Below, in pieces: positions 8,801-16,673 of a DNA stretch of 28,393 nucleotides; position 1 is the stretch's first letter; each line of letters begins with the position of its first letter. The DNA comes from a virus (Duplodnaviria; Caudoviricetes), in IMG/VR virus record IMGVR_UViG_3300022925_000136, positions 1 through 28,393 of that record; one strand, written 5' to 3'. The notes beneath the pieces are model-generated. The model made no database searches and was not told the DNA's origin. It worked only from the letters and a program-made list of their open reading frames with translations. Made by a program: the position numbers and the translations under genes.

Positions 8801-11417
8801 CAAAATTATCTGCCATAAATCCAGATTTTGTTCTATTTCTATTATCAGAATCTAACACATCAATATTAGCTGTATCCATTTCTAATAGTGTAAGAGATGT
8901 TACTTCTGCAAGATCATCAATCTTTCTCTCTAATTTACCAATATCTCTCATTGTATAACGCTTATTATCAAGCATAGAGAATGTTAAATCATCTGGACCA
9001 AATGTTCCAGCATTTAATCTAATTCTATGGAGCTCCATAGTACCATCAGGTATTGAAGGAAACTTAGGATTTAAAGATGGTGTTCCTTTTATATATTTAA
9101 ATTCGCCCTGTTGTGTGAGAACTAACTTATCATATCTTGGTTGATAATATGAAACATCTGCAACAATAGTTGAACCTTGTTTTGGTAAAATAAATATCTC
9201 GGCATCAGTAGTCGAATATGTGCCACTACTTCCTTTTGATGATCTAAAGTCGAGATAATTTTTTAAATCTACATAGCGACCATTTGCTAATTGATAATTA
9301 GGAATATCTTGATAATCAATTGTTGAGTAAGAGCTAGGACCAAAGAAGTCACCGGAACCATGAGCAAAATAAGAGAATTTAACAAATAACTGAAGGGTTG
9401 CATTTTGATAATTACCAGTAATTGTTCTACCTGGTTTAATAGTGATAGAACCTTTTTGGTATGAATTATCTCTTTGACCACCATCTATTTCAAATTTATC
9501 TGTAACAAGATTTCCGTTAGAAGCCAATATTCTAATTTCTTCTACGCCGATGACGTCAGTATAGGGTAACTGTGCAACACCTGTACTCGGATTAAAAGTG
9601 ACCAGTGCTGTAGTTGTAACTTTTGTTTTAGAAGCTACACTACATGCACCCTTAAATGTATAAGCATATACTTCAAATTGATCAAATCCTGTAGCAATTG
9701 TACCACCATTTTTAGAACTAACTAGGCCCGTAATCGTAACACTTGATGTACCAACTCCACTATATGTAGGAGATTGTCCGGTTGTTAAACCACCTGGATC
9801 TGAAATAATCCAATTAGCAGTGTCTGTAAATACTTCTCCTGCTGAAGCAGTTATTGTCATTGAACCATTAGCTGCAGCAGTACCCCTATATCTTTTTGCA
9901 AGAGTCATGGAAATATCTGAAACTGCACTCGGTCTATTACCCGGTATTTTAAAGAATAACTCATTAGCTTGAGTTTCATATATTATAACTTTATTATTCG
10001 ATCTGACAAGTCTCATTTCTTGTCTTTCACAACTACAAGCTCCACTATCTAAACCGATTGCTCTAGCATCTCTATTAAATATTTTACCTGCATTCATTTC
10101 AATGTCAAATACATACACTTTAAATGTATTAGATCCTGGTTCACCTGGATCTATACCTCTAATTCTTAGTGTTCCAATTTTATCATTAACACCAAACGCC
10201 GCAGTTCCTGTAGTATCGTCACTAATATCTACTCGTTCAAAAATATTAACATCTGGAATGCCAAAGAATCCAGCTTCAACTAATATATAATTACCATATG
10301 TTCCAGAAATACCTTTATTTTCTTGTGTAATAGTGGTAGTTGATCTTGGTATATCTAAAGTACTAGCAGATGCTTTACTAACTCTATAGCCATTTACATA
10401 CGCTGTACCGCTACTTACACCTAAAGATAGTTTTGTATTATCTGATGAATGTTCATCCCAAGAAAGTCTAAATGGCTTTACAGTATAATTACCAGACTCT
10501 TCTTTTGTTCGTACAGCCATAATATCATTAATTTTATTATATTGATCATATCCAGTAACTGCTTCAACAAGGAATCCATGTTCAATTTTAGCATAATAAA
10601 TAAATGTTTCATCGGCTTGAATAGTATTTTTATTTACAAGTTCTAAATTAATTGTATATCTGTCTGCACCAGGAGCAGTATAATTTGGTAAATCTCCTTG
10701 GTTGTCATATAGAGAATCGTCATCATCTGCCGTAGTTACTACTTGTGTAAGTTTAAAACCGATTGTGGCAGTTGGATTTGAGAAATACTTAGCAACAATT
10801 AAACTCTGTTTTGGAGCATGAACAAAGTGCCCTTCAGCAAAAAATGAAGCTGCACCAGTAGAAATTCTAAAACCATAGCCGGTTGCTGGGTCTGCAGTAG
10901 TATCAGTTGTCTGAACAACTAGAACAACCGAACCGTCTTTTTCAAGTAACTCTTCACCAGGAGTTACGGAAGCCGGCTCTGTTCCAGATGTTCCATTTAG
11001 AGTGTCAAGATATTGGACATAAATTGTCGCCGGATCTGATCCTTCAGCTTCTACTATTTCAATAACTTTTACGGAAATACCAGAAAGTTGACCAACAAAA
11101 ACCTTATCTTTAAAGTTAGAAACATTGCTCGGTAAAGAAACACCAGGAGTTGTAGCATCAGTTGGATCAGTATTAAGTTTAATATATCTATAACGATTAT
11201 TAAAAGTAAGAGCAGCAGACTCAAGTGAAGCACCTTCTTTAAAAAGATTAGTGCCAAGTCTTTTAATTTCTTCTTGTATAATAGATTGAAGCTGATTCAA
11301 TTCTCTACTTTGAAGTGCCTTACCGCTTTTAAATAATACTTTATGGAACCCTTTGTCTGGGTCAAAGTCGTCTTTATAAATTTGGGCTTCTAAATTTTTA
11401 GTATAGTTTACGGTCAT
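5889..11417 (-). CDS. Large virion structural protein, DUF4815 / VrlC-like (peripheral baseplate)
   Basis: Motifs Y.DDFDPDKGFHKVLFKSGKALQSRELNQLQSI, APGADRY, RTKEESGNYTV, RYTMRDIGKLE.RI, DPIAQSF, GSFFKSQN..TW..DQ..DLKF and the terminal DLRVIAL. The ATG at 11417, which overlaps the gp8 stop (ATGA), is preferred over the GTG at 11423. Confidence 0.85.
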   Translation of the reverse strand: MTVNYTKNLEAQIYKDDFDPDKGFHKVLFKSGKALQSRELNQLQSIIQEEIKRLGTNLFKEGASLESAALTFNNRYRYIKLNTDPTDATTPGVSLPSNVSNFKDKVFVGQLSGISVKVIEIVEAEGSDPATIYVQYLDTLNGTSGTEPASVTPGEELLEKDGSVVLVVQTTDTTADPATGYGFRISTGAASFFAEGHFVHAPKQSLIVAKYFSNPTATIGFKLTQVVTTADDDDSLYDNQGDLPNYTAPGADRYTINLELVNKNTIQADETFIYYAKIEHGFLVEAVTGYDQYNKINDIMAVRTKEESGNYTVKPFRLSWDEHSSDNTKLSLGVSSGTAYVNGYRVSKASASTLDIPRSTTTITQENKGISGTYGNYILVEAGFFGIPDVNIFERVDISDDTTGTAAFGVNDKIGTLRIRGIDPGEPGSNTFKVYVFDIEMNAGKIFNRDARAIGLDSGACSCERQEMRLVRSNNKVIIYETQANELFFKIPGNRPSAVSDISMTLAKRYRGTAAANGSMTITASAGEVFTDTANWIISDPGGLTTGQSPTYSGVGTSSVTITGLVSSKNGGTIATGFDQFEVYAYTFKGACSVASKTKVTTTALVTFNPSTGVAQLPYTDVIGVEEIRILASNGNLVTDKFEIDGGQRDNSYQKGSITIKPGRTITGNYQNATLQLFVKFSYFAHGSGDFFGPSSYSTIDYQDIPNYQLANGRYVDLKNYLDFRSSKGSSGTYSTTDAEIFILPKQGSTIVADVSYYQPRYDKLVLTQQGEFKYIKGTPSLNPKFPSIPDGTMELHRIRLNAGTFGPDDLTFSMLDNKRYTMRDIGKLERKIDDLAEVTSLTLLEMDTANIDVLDSDNRNRTKSGFMADNFENQYFSDITHPGYSAAIDPRNKLIRPRAITNNIGLYYDSNASTNTIMKGDNVYTTYNTTPYIVQDVASSTVNVNPYLNLFYNGAMTLSPASDDWYETDYTPDKIIPGGTLLNTDLALQWGDHEWNWGGTDINDLKVGDDQSITSEIARNNWTERVGYFWNRKTTTGTDVTKETVVNRVVASETVREIIDDRIVDVAFIPFMRSKLVTFQAEGLAPNTQVFAYFDGRSVAKWVRQESFSGVNVTKQTDVSNLYKAATEYPLAGGKTKLYTDGQGKIQGAFFIPSSNTRTAGTTNFRTGDIEFTLLDITEFNKKNASCAASAIFSSTGTLTTRQEDVLSTRLLHIVGTSTTSTETINVSSSGGGGGIDILGAVNTVGSGIATGIGEVLQGDLIGGVSSAVGGVADAAGDLISDTVGVVEDVFNFVKDICFFDPIAQSFLVTEANGVFLTEVGLFFAKKDTSEQPFPVTIQIRPTVNGHPSSDLSLPGSIVTIPASDVVVSTDASAETRAVFKEPVYLKPFTEYAIVVISNSDAYEAYISKMGEFKLGSTTEKINTQPYLGSFFKSQNNRTWEPDQMSDLKFTLYKAEFNANLTTKAIFKNVAVPRKILQSDPVELFFKDSSDFSDVYIRSPLHGLYAGDTVNLNGVIGTPVDSDLNNNPYTITEVDPTGFVITVPTLTSPSPYYNSITGGSAVTVEQAYNYSTIWPSVQAIEPPSTRLDYNIKMAAGKSYADNSSNAINNADILDTVATVVAPNQDNELGVMKRVSPPSKLATSMVLEAEMKSSNVYVTPVIDLQRTSATLITNLIDNPSNVQSTTQNKPIEWSHALDSDTINSIMGTVNQTASYNPLFGETRENGPASAKHITKPVRLAASAVGLKIIMGANRPSDTFIDMYYRASKADTLVGTTWTRIDSEKPVQTDDDTSIFREYRYLVGAVDGTSDEFTQFQLKIVLRSTNQTKVPKLNDLRVIALGD

Positions 11418-12781
11418 GAACACTCATCCAATTGAATAACTATTTTAATATCTTCTGTCTGATTAGCAACTCTAGTTACTGCAGACCTATTATCTATATA
11501 CAGTATTTCACCTGTAAATGGATCAACCTCTGATGCTATAAGTGGATTACCTACAGTACCTTGTCCAGGTCCACTCATTTCTGTTAAAGTTTCATTTGCT
11601 ACAAATCCAACATAACCAGTTGAATCATTTTGATGGAATAGAATTGTGTTGCCATTAGTTTGATCAACGTATGCTTTTGCTCCACTTGTAGCACCAACAA
11701 TAACTTCATCTGTTGTAAATGCAACCGTTTGTGTTGCAAGAGTCATAGATTGTAAAGCACCACCAGTAAGATTAGTCCACTGGGTACCTTGAGCAGAATC
11801 TTTAATTCCTCTAATAATACCAATCTGTCTATAATCTTGATTAAGTAACCAGTCAGATGTATTACCATCAACTCTCACACCAATCATCATAGAACCACAC
11901 TTAAGATCAGAAGATGCATCTCCACCAATGCCTAATCCACTGGACATAATGGCTCTCACTTCACCATTTGTTCCATTAGAATCAGTGAGAGTTATTTGTG
12001 CACCTCTTAATCCGTGAACATAGTTTAAAGTAGTACCTGAGGAATCAGGATTATATTCTGCCTTTACAATTGTACCTGAAGGAGAATCTAAAGTAAAATC
12101 AACAAGTGTTGGATAATTAACACCATTAATATTGACTGATGGATTAGTATAACCAGTACCGCCTGCTGTTACTTCAAACGCTGTAATCATACCAGGCTTT
12201 GCAGTACTTTGAATTTCATATTGTTTTATTTCATTGCCAGTAGAATTTGAATCTGTGGCTAAAATACGATCAATAGGCATATGATCATTAGTCATAAATA
12301 AAGTAGCATCTAGTGCACTAATAGTATAAAGAAACTTCCAAACATATCCATCAGATGTTTCAAATGGATCATTATTAGAACCTGTAGGCTGAACTGTCGA
12401 AGCTACCGCCGATCCAGTTGCGTCCGTCCCTTGTCTTAAGCAAATATAAACATCATGATTACTATTTGCAACATAGAAAAACTCAGAGCCATAATCAGCT
12501 AAATCTTTTTTATCATCGTATGCAAGATATGTGGAACCAGTAGACCAAGATTTACGAGGAACAACTAATGAAGCTGCTGCAACCCGATGTATTGATTGAA
12601 GACCATTTCGGAATTCGTTTTGAATCCTAATATTATCTTTAGCCGCTGGTGCTGAATCTGCAGCATTCCAAGGATTAGATCGAGACACGCCAATATAATA
12701 GTTCTCTGTAGTATTGTTAATACTACGAATGGTCCCAATCATGAGTTCCTTCTTAAAGTTTTGTGTTACAATTGTCGACAT
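11414..12781 (-). CDS. gp8: Baseplate wedge subunit gp8
   Basis: VVPRKSW, VYICL, DGYVWKFLYTI, DYRQIGII and GEILYIDNRSAVTR...QTEDIKIVI motifs; follows gp6 and gp7. Confidence 0.9.
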   Translation of the reverse strand: MSTIVTQNFKKELMIGTIRSINNTTENYYIGVSRSNPWNAADSAPAAKDNIRIQNEFRNGLQSIHRVAAASLVVPRKSWSTGSTYLAYDDKKDLADYGSEFFYVANSNHDVYICLRQGTDATGSAVASTVQPTGSNNDPFETSDGYVWKFLYTISALDATLFMTNDHMPIDRILATDSNSTGNEIKQYEIQSTAKPGMITAFEVTAGGTGYTNPSVNINGVNYPTLVDFTLDSPSGTIVKAEYNPDSSGTTLNYVHGLRGAQITLTDSNGTNGEVRAIMSSGLGIGGDASSDLKCGSMMIGVRVDGNTSDWLLNQDYRQIGIIRGIKDSAQGTQWTNLTGGALQSMTLATQTVAFTTDEVIVGATSGAKAYVDQTNGNTILFHQNDSTGYVGFVANETLTEMSGPGQGTVGNPLIASEVDPFTGEILYIDNRSAVTRVANQTEDIKIVIQLDECS

Positions 12782-12791
12782 GCTCTACCTA

Positions 12792-14342
12792 TTAAATTAT
12801 TGCGTCTTTTAAATATAACATATTCTTATTTCTTAATTCTTGAATAGTCACATTTCTCATACTTTGGTTGTCACCATAATTAAAACTATTTATATCAAAA
12901 ACTGCATTAGAATCATACTTAATCCACTCATATATGCTGTTAAATTTATGCGAAAGATTAAATTTTGCTTCAATTGTTCCAGATCCAGTCTTTTTAATAT
13001 TTACATCTAACATACCATAAGAATCTAATATATTATCAACTCTTAATACTGGTGCTGATGCAGATACAACATAAGAAGAATGATTAGCAGCATCCGAATC
13101 TCCGCCAATACAGAAGTGATCGCCACCAAAGGAATCTCCTAAACCAGGTAATGCTATATCAAGTTTAGTTGATGAATAATCACCATTTAAATATATTCTT
13201 GAAATATATGTTTTACTATCACCTCTTGTAATCTGTTCAAGAGTTTTATTTAACTGTAAAGGTACATCTATTTGAATTAAAGTTGATGATGTGGTTATTC
13301 CAGTTATTGCATCTAATGTTTTAATCTTAGCTGGAGCCGCTTCAAATATTGTATATGGCTCTCCTGGTACTTCAGAAAGCCCAGGTTGATAATTACTATC
13401 TTCACTTTTTAGTGTCGGCGATAAATCTATTGCAGCTATATTAATTTCTTTATTACTATATAATCCAGCATCTACGGAATTTTTAACAGAAAGTCCAGGA
13501 CCTTCTAATGCTCTACCATAACTATCTTCAATAAACCATCCTTCACTATCGGCATAATCTAATATATTTGCGTACTGAAATCTTCTAGTATTTGCTCCAC
13601 ACACATATTCTTTATGTCCATCCATAATAAGAATATCACTATTTCCCATATCAGTTTTACTAATAATACGAGTATCTACAGCTAATTTAGGTAAGGCGCT
13701 ATCAGTTTCAACTCTTAGGTTTAGAGGAGTTGCATCTGAAAGAACACCAACAGGTTTATATTTTGGGTTTGTATAAAGCTGTGCTTCACCGTGTAAATAG
13801 AATCCAGCAGGATGAACAAACTTTTTATATAGCTGTTCCCAATCTTTTAATGGCACTGTAGTTTTTATTAGATGAGATAATACTTGATGTAATCTACCAT
13901 CTTGTATTTTCTTAGATGATTTAGATCCTAGTATTGATAATGGATCGCCTAAAGTAAAAATTTTATCTTTTGGGTATTCAACTTCTGCTGATGTATCAAA
14001 GAATCCTCTAAAGAAACCTTCAGCAGAATAAAGTGAACCTTTTACTCTAAAAAACTTGGCTAAATTTTTTAATATTTCTCTTGGATTAGAAACAAATTGT
14101 GACGATAAACTAAGACCAATTTCACCAAATAAATTATCAAGATATTTTAAATCTGTTTTTCCAATATCTCTTATTTCATATAAATCTTTTATTGTACTAC
14201 CAAAATTACCATCGCTATCTAAAGCATCATAGTAAGTTTCCAAAAACTGAATAAGATTAGGATAATCAGCAACAAAATATTCTGGAAGAATATCTCTTAC
14301 ATAGTCAGCTCTAAGTGAAGTATGATTTCTATCTTCAGACAT
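12792..14342 (-). CDS. gp7: Baseplate wedge initiator gp7-like
   Basis: LPEYFVADYPNLIQFLETYY, KNLAKFFRVKGS and YKKFVHPAGF motifs; sits between gp6 and gp8. Confidence 0.8.
   Translation of the reverse strand: MSEDRNHTSLRADYVRDILPEYFVADYPNLIQFLETYYDALDSDGNFGSTIKDLYEIRDIGKTDLKYLDNLFGEIGLSLSSQFVSNPREILKNLAKFFRVKGSLYSAEGFFRGFFDTSAEVEYPKDKIFTLGDPLSILGSKSSKKIQDGRLHQVLSHLIKTTVPLKDWEQLYKKFVHPAGFYLHGEAQLYTNPKYKPVGVLSDATPLNLRVETDSALPKLAVDTRIISKTDMGNSDILIMDGHKEYVCGANTRRFQYANILDYADSEGWFIEDSYGRALEGPGLSVKNSVDAGLYSNKEINIAAIDLSPTLKSEDSNYQPGLSEVPGEPYTIFEAAPAKIKTLDAITGITTSSTLIQIDVPLQLNKTLEQITRGDSKTYISRIYLNGDYSSTKLDIALPGLGDSFGGDHFCIGGDSDAANHSSYVVSASAPVLRVDNILDSYGMLDVNIKKTGSGTIEAKFNLSHKFNSIYEWIKYDSNAVFDINSFNYGDNQSMRNVTIQELRNKNMLYLKDAII
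12887..12894 (-). promoter_or_regulatory. Possible internal late promoter TATAAATA inside the 3' end of gp7
   Basis: Exact TATAAATA (followed by GTTTT) on the coding strand, about 105 nt upstream of the gp8 ATG. It could be chance in AT-rich DNA. Confidence 0.45.
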
Positions 14343-14346
14343 TATA

Positions 14347-16188
14347 TTACAGCGCTACCTTTGTATCTTGCTCATTCTTTAATGGTTGCATTCTTAATTT
14401 TGCAGTGTCCAATCTTAGTACATAATTTCTAAGAGGAGAAATCATACTTTGATCAAGAGGAGTTGAACTAAATGTAATATAGGGGGTACCGGTCGATATA
14501 GAAACTGGAGCAAAGCCATTTAAATTAACACTACCTTTTTGGTAATTATAACTACCAATATCTTCTACAATTATGGTTCCTGTAGTTGATACAACTTGTA
14601 ATATATTTGAATTTAATTTATTCTTAACAGTACAACGAATCGCATCATCACCATAAGTAAACATTGAAGATTCAATGCTATAATCTTGGGCTTCTGCTGG
14701 AATTAATATTACTGGAAAATATATATTATAATTTTTTGAAGAACCAACTGTTACATTTAATCTCTGTTGAACCTTAAGATCCATTTTTGCAGAAAGTATG
14801 GCTCTATTTAAATCACTAACTTCTGTCAATACTTCTGATTTACTAAAAGACGAATTAAAACTATTTAAAGTATTTGTAAAATATTCTTGTAAAAAGTTAG
14901 TAATAGAAGTCTGAATTGCAGAACCAGTATCATTAGTTAAACTAGGATCATAATTAAAGTTGCCTGTTATTTCTAAATATGTTTCCTCAGGTGCCACATA
15001 CTTATTTGAAATAGACATAACAGAAAGTTTATTTGTAAAATTAGTTTCAATATTATTTTGGGTTTCTGTTTTTACAGATTCCGAAGTCCCATCTTGATAT
15101 TGAAGACTGATATATACTTTACCATAATCAATAGGCACATTATCTTCCCCTCCCCATACAGCAACATCTTTTACAACAGGGAAGTTAGCAAGAATCATTG
15201 CTCTATAATCTGCAGATGTTACTAATCTTTTTTGAGATGCAAATTGTAAAGGAGCTAATTTACGAATTGATTCTATTGTTTCTTTTTCATAGCCTTCAGT
15301 TGAAGACTGCTGTGTTTGCACGTTGACTGGATAATTTACATCGTTTAAAACATAACTATTTGCACTTTTAAATCCAGAACAACCGTTTGCATCAGTTCCT
15401 CTTGATGAAAAATATCTAACTACAACTTTACTTCCAATTGCAGGAGATTTGCCGAAACTCTTACCGTCACCAAAATTAATTTCATAGTATCCATTTGGTG
15501 CTTCTTTTATATCAAAGAATGTAGTAGTTGAATCTACGGTTAAAGCAGTATCTAAAAAATAATATGATGTAAATTTTGTAGATGTTGGTGTATCATAAAC
15601 ATTTACTGTTATTTTTCCAGTATCAAGAGATTCATCTGGGATCACATATATTTGATTTTCTGCTGTATCATCAACAATAAATGTTTTAGTTTTAAACTCT
15701 CCCTGAAACACTTTAATATTAGAATTTCCGTTTACATCAGTAAAGGAATATAATCCATTTCCATCATCTACAGCTGAATAGTTTTTATCTGTTATAAATT
15801 TAAAAGTTTCAGATTCATTAGATGCATTAAATTCCCATTCAGAATTTAAAGTTATAGATGAAGGACGATTTGCAACACCAGAAAGATTAACATATAAAGT
15901 GAGAGATGACGATGAAGGTGTTCTTGACCTCGGTCTATAACCTAATGCCTCAGCATGAGATACAACAGATGATCTTAATTGTGCAGTATTAAGAAATGCT
16001 TCATTTGTGGCAAAGTTTGCAGTAAGACCATTAAAGTGAGTATTGTATGCTAAAACATCTAATATATTTGAAAGACCTGATGTTTCAAAATTATAATCAG
16101 AAAATTCCGGTTGTTGTGCAAAATAGGTTTTTAAACTATTTTTAATAGTATCAAAATCTAAAGCTGTTGATGTGATATTTGTGGCCAT
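14347..16188 (-). CDS. gp6: Baseplate wedge subunit gp6
   Basis: LDFDTIKNSLKTYF, DYNFETSGLSNILDVLAYNTH, AQLRSSVVSHAEALGYRPRS, YEINFGDG, RLVTSADY and WGGEDNVPIDYGKVYIS motifs. Confidence 0.95.
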   Translation of the reverse strand: MATNITSTALDFDTIKNSLKTYFAQQPEFSDYNFETSGLSNILDVLAYNTHFNGLTANFATNEAFLNTAQLRSSVVSHAEALGYRPRSRTPSSSSLTLYVNLSGVANRPSSITLNSEWEFNASNESETFKFITDKNYSAVDDGNGLYSFTDVNGNSNIKVFQGEFKTKTFIVDDTAENQIYVIPDESLDTGKITVNVYDTPTSTKFTSYYFLDTALTVDSTTTFFDIKEAPNGYYEINFGDGKSFGKSPAIGSKVVVRYFSSRGTDANGCSGFKSANSYVLNDVNYPVNVQTQQSSTEGYEKETIESIRKLAPLQFASQKRLVTSADYRAMILANFPVVKDVAVWGGEDNVPIDYGKVYISLQYQDGTSESVKTETQNNIETNFTNKLSVMSISNKYVAPEETYLEITGNFNYDPSLTNDTGSAIQTSITNFLQEYFTNTLNSFNSSFSKSEVLTEVSDLNRAILSAKMDLKVQQRLNVTVGSSKNYNIYFPVILIPAEAQDYSIESSMFTYGDDAIRCTVKNKLNSNILQVVSTTGTIIVEDIGSYNYQKGSVNLNGFAPVSISTGTPYITFSSTPLDQSMISPLRNYVLRLDTAKLRMQPLKNEQDTKVAL

Positions 16189-16189
16189 A

Positions 16190-16636
16190 TTATCTCAACC
16201 TCGAAATTTCTGTTTCTAGTGTAATTGTTTCGTTTGTGCTTAATACAACAAAAGTTATTGAGACATCAAGAGAATTTGCATAATCTCTATAGGTACTGGA
16301 TACATCTATAACTTTAGCTCTTGGTTCATAATTCTCTATTGCTAATTTTATTCTTTGTTCTACTTCAAAATCTAAAAACTCGTCTCCAAGTTCAAATAGC
16401 ATATCTCTAATACTACCACCAAAAAACGGAATAAAAGGTTTTTCAAAGTGATTAGTAAGTATTAAATTTTTAACAGCCTGCTTTACTGCATTAGCATCAG
16501 TTTTTTTAAAAATATCACCATTCTTTTTATTTTTAAATAGTAAATCAATATCGGAATATATTTTACTGCTCGGAGCAACTATTTTTACTCCAGCATCTAA
16601 TTTTCTATCTTCAATTGACAAGGATCTTGATGGCAT
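16190..16636 (-). CDS. gp25: Baseplate wedge subunit gp25
   Basis: YSDIDLLF, AVKQAVKNLILTNHFEKPF.P.FG and IENYEPRAKV motifs; immediately upstream of gp6. Confidence 0.93.
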   Translation of the reverse strand: MPSRSLSIEDRKLDAGVKIVAPSSKIYSDIDLLFKNKKNGDIFKKTDANAVKQAVKNLILTNHFEKPFIPFFGGSIRDMLFELGDEFLDFEVEQRIKLAIENYEPRAKVIDVSSTYRDYANSLDVSITFVVLSTNETITLETEISRLR

Positions 16637-16659
16637 ATTTTTCTCTTATTTTATTGTAT

Positions 16660-16667
16660 TATTTATA
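16660..16667 (-). promoter_or_regulatory. T4-type late promoter TATAAATA
   Basis: Exact match in the intergenic gap upstream of gp25 (ATG at 16636). Confidence 0.85.
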
Positions 16668-16673
16668 ATGTTT

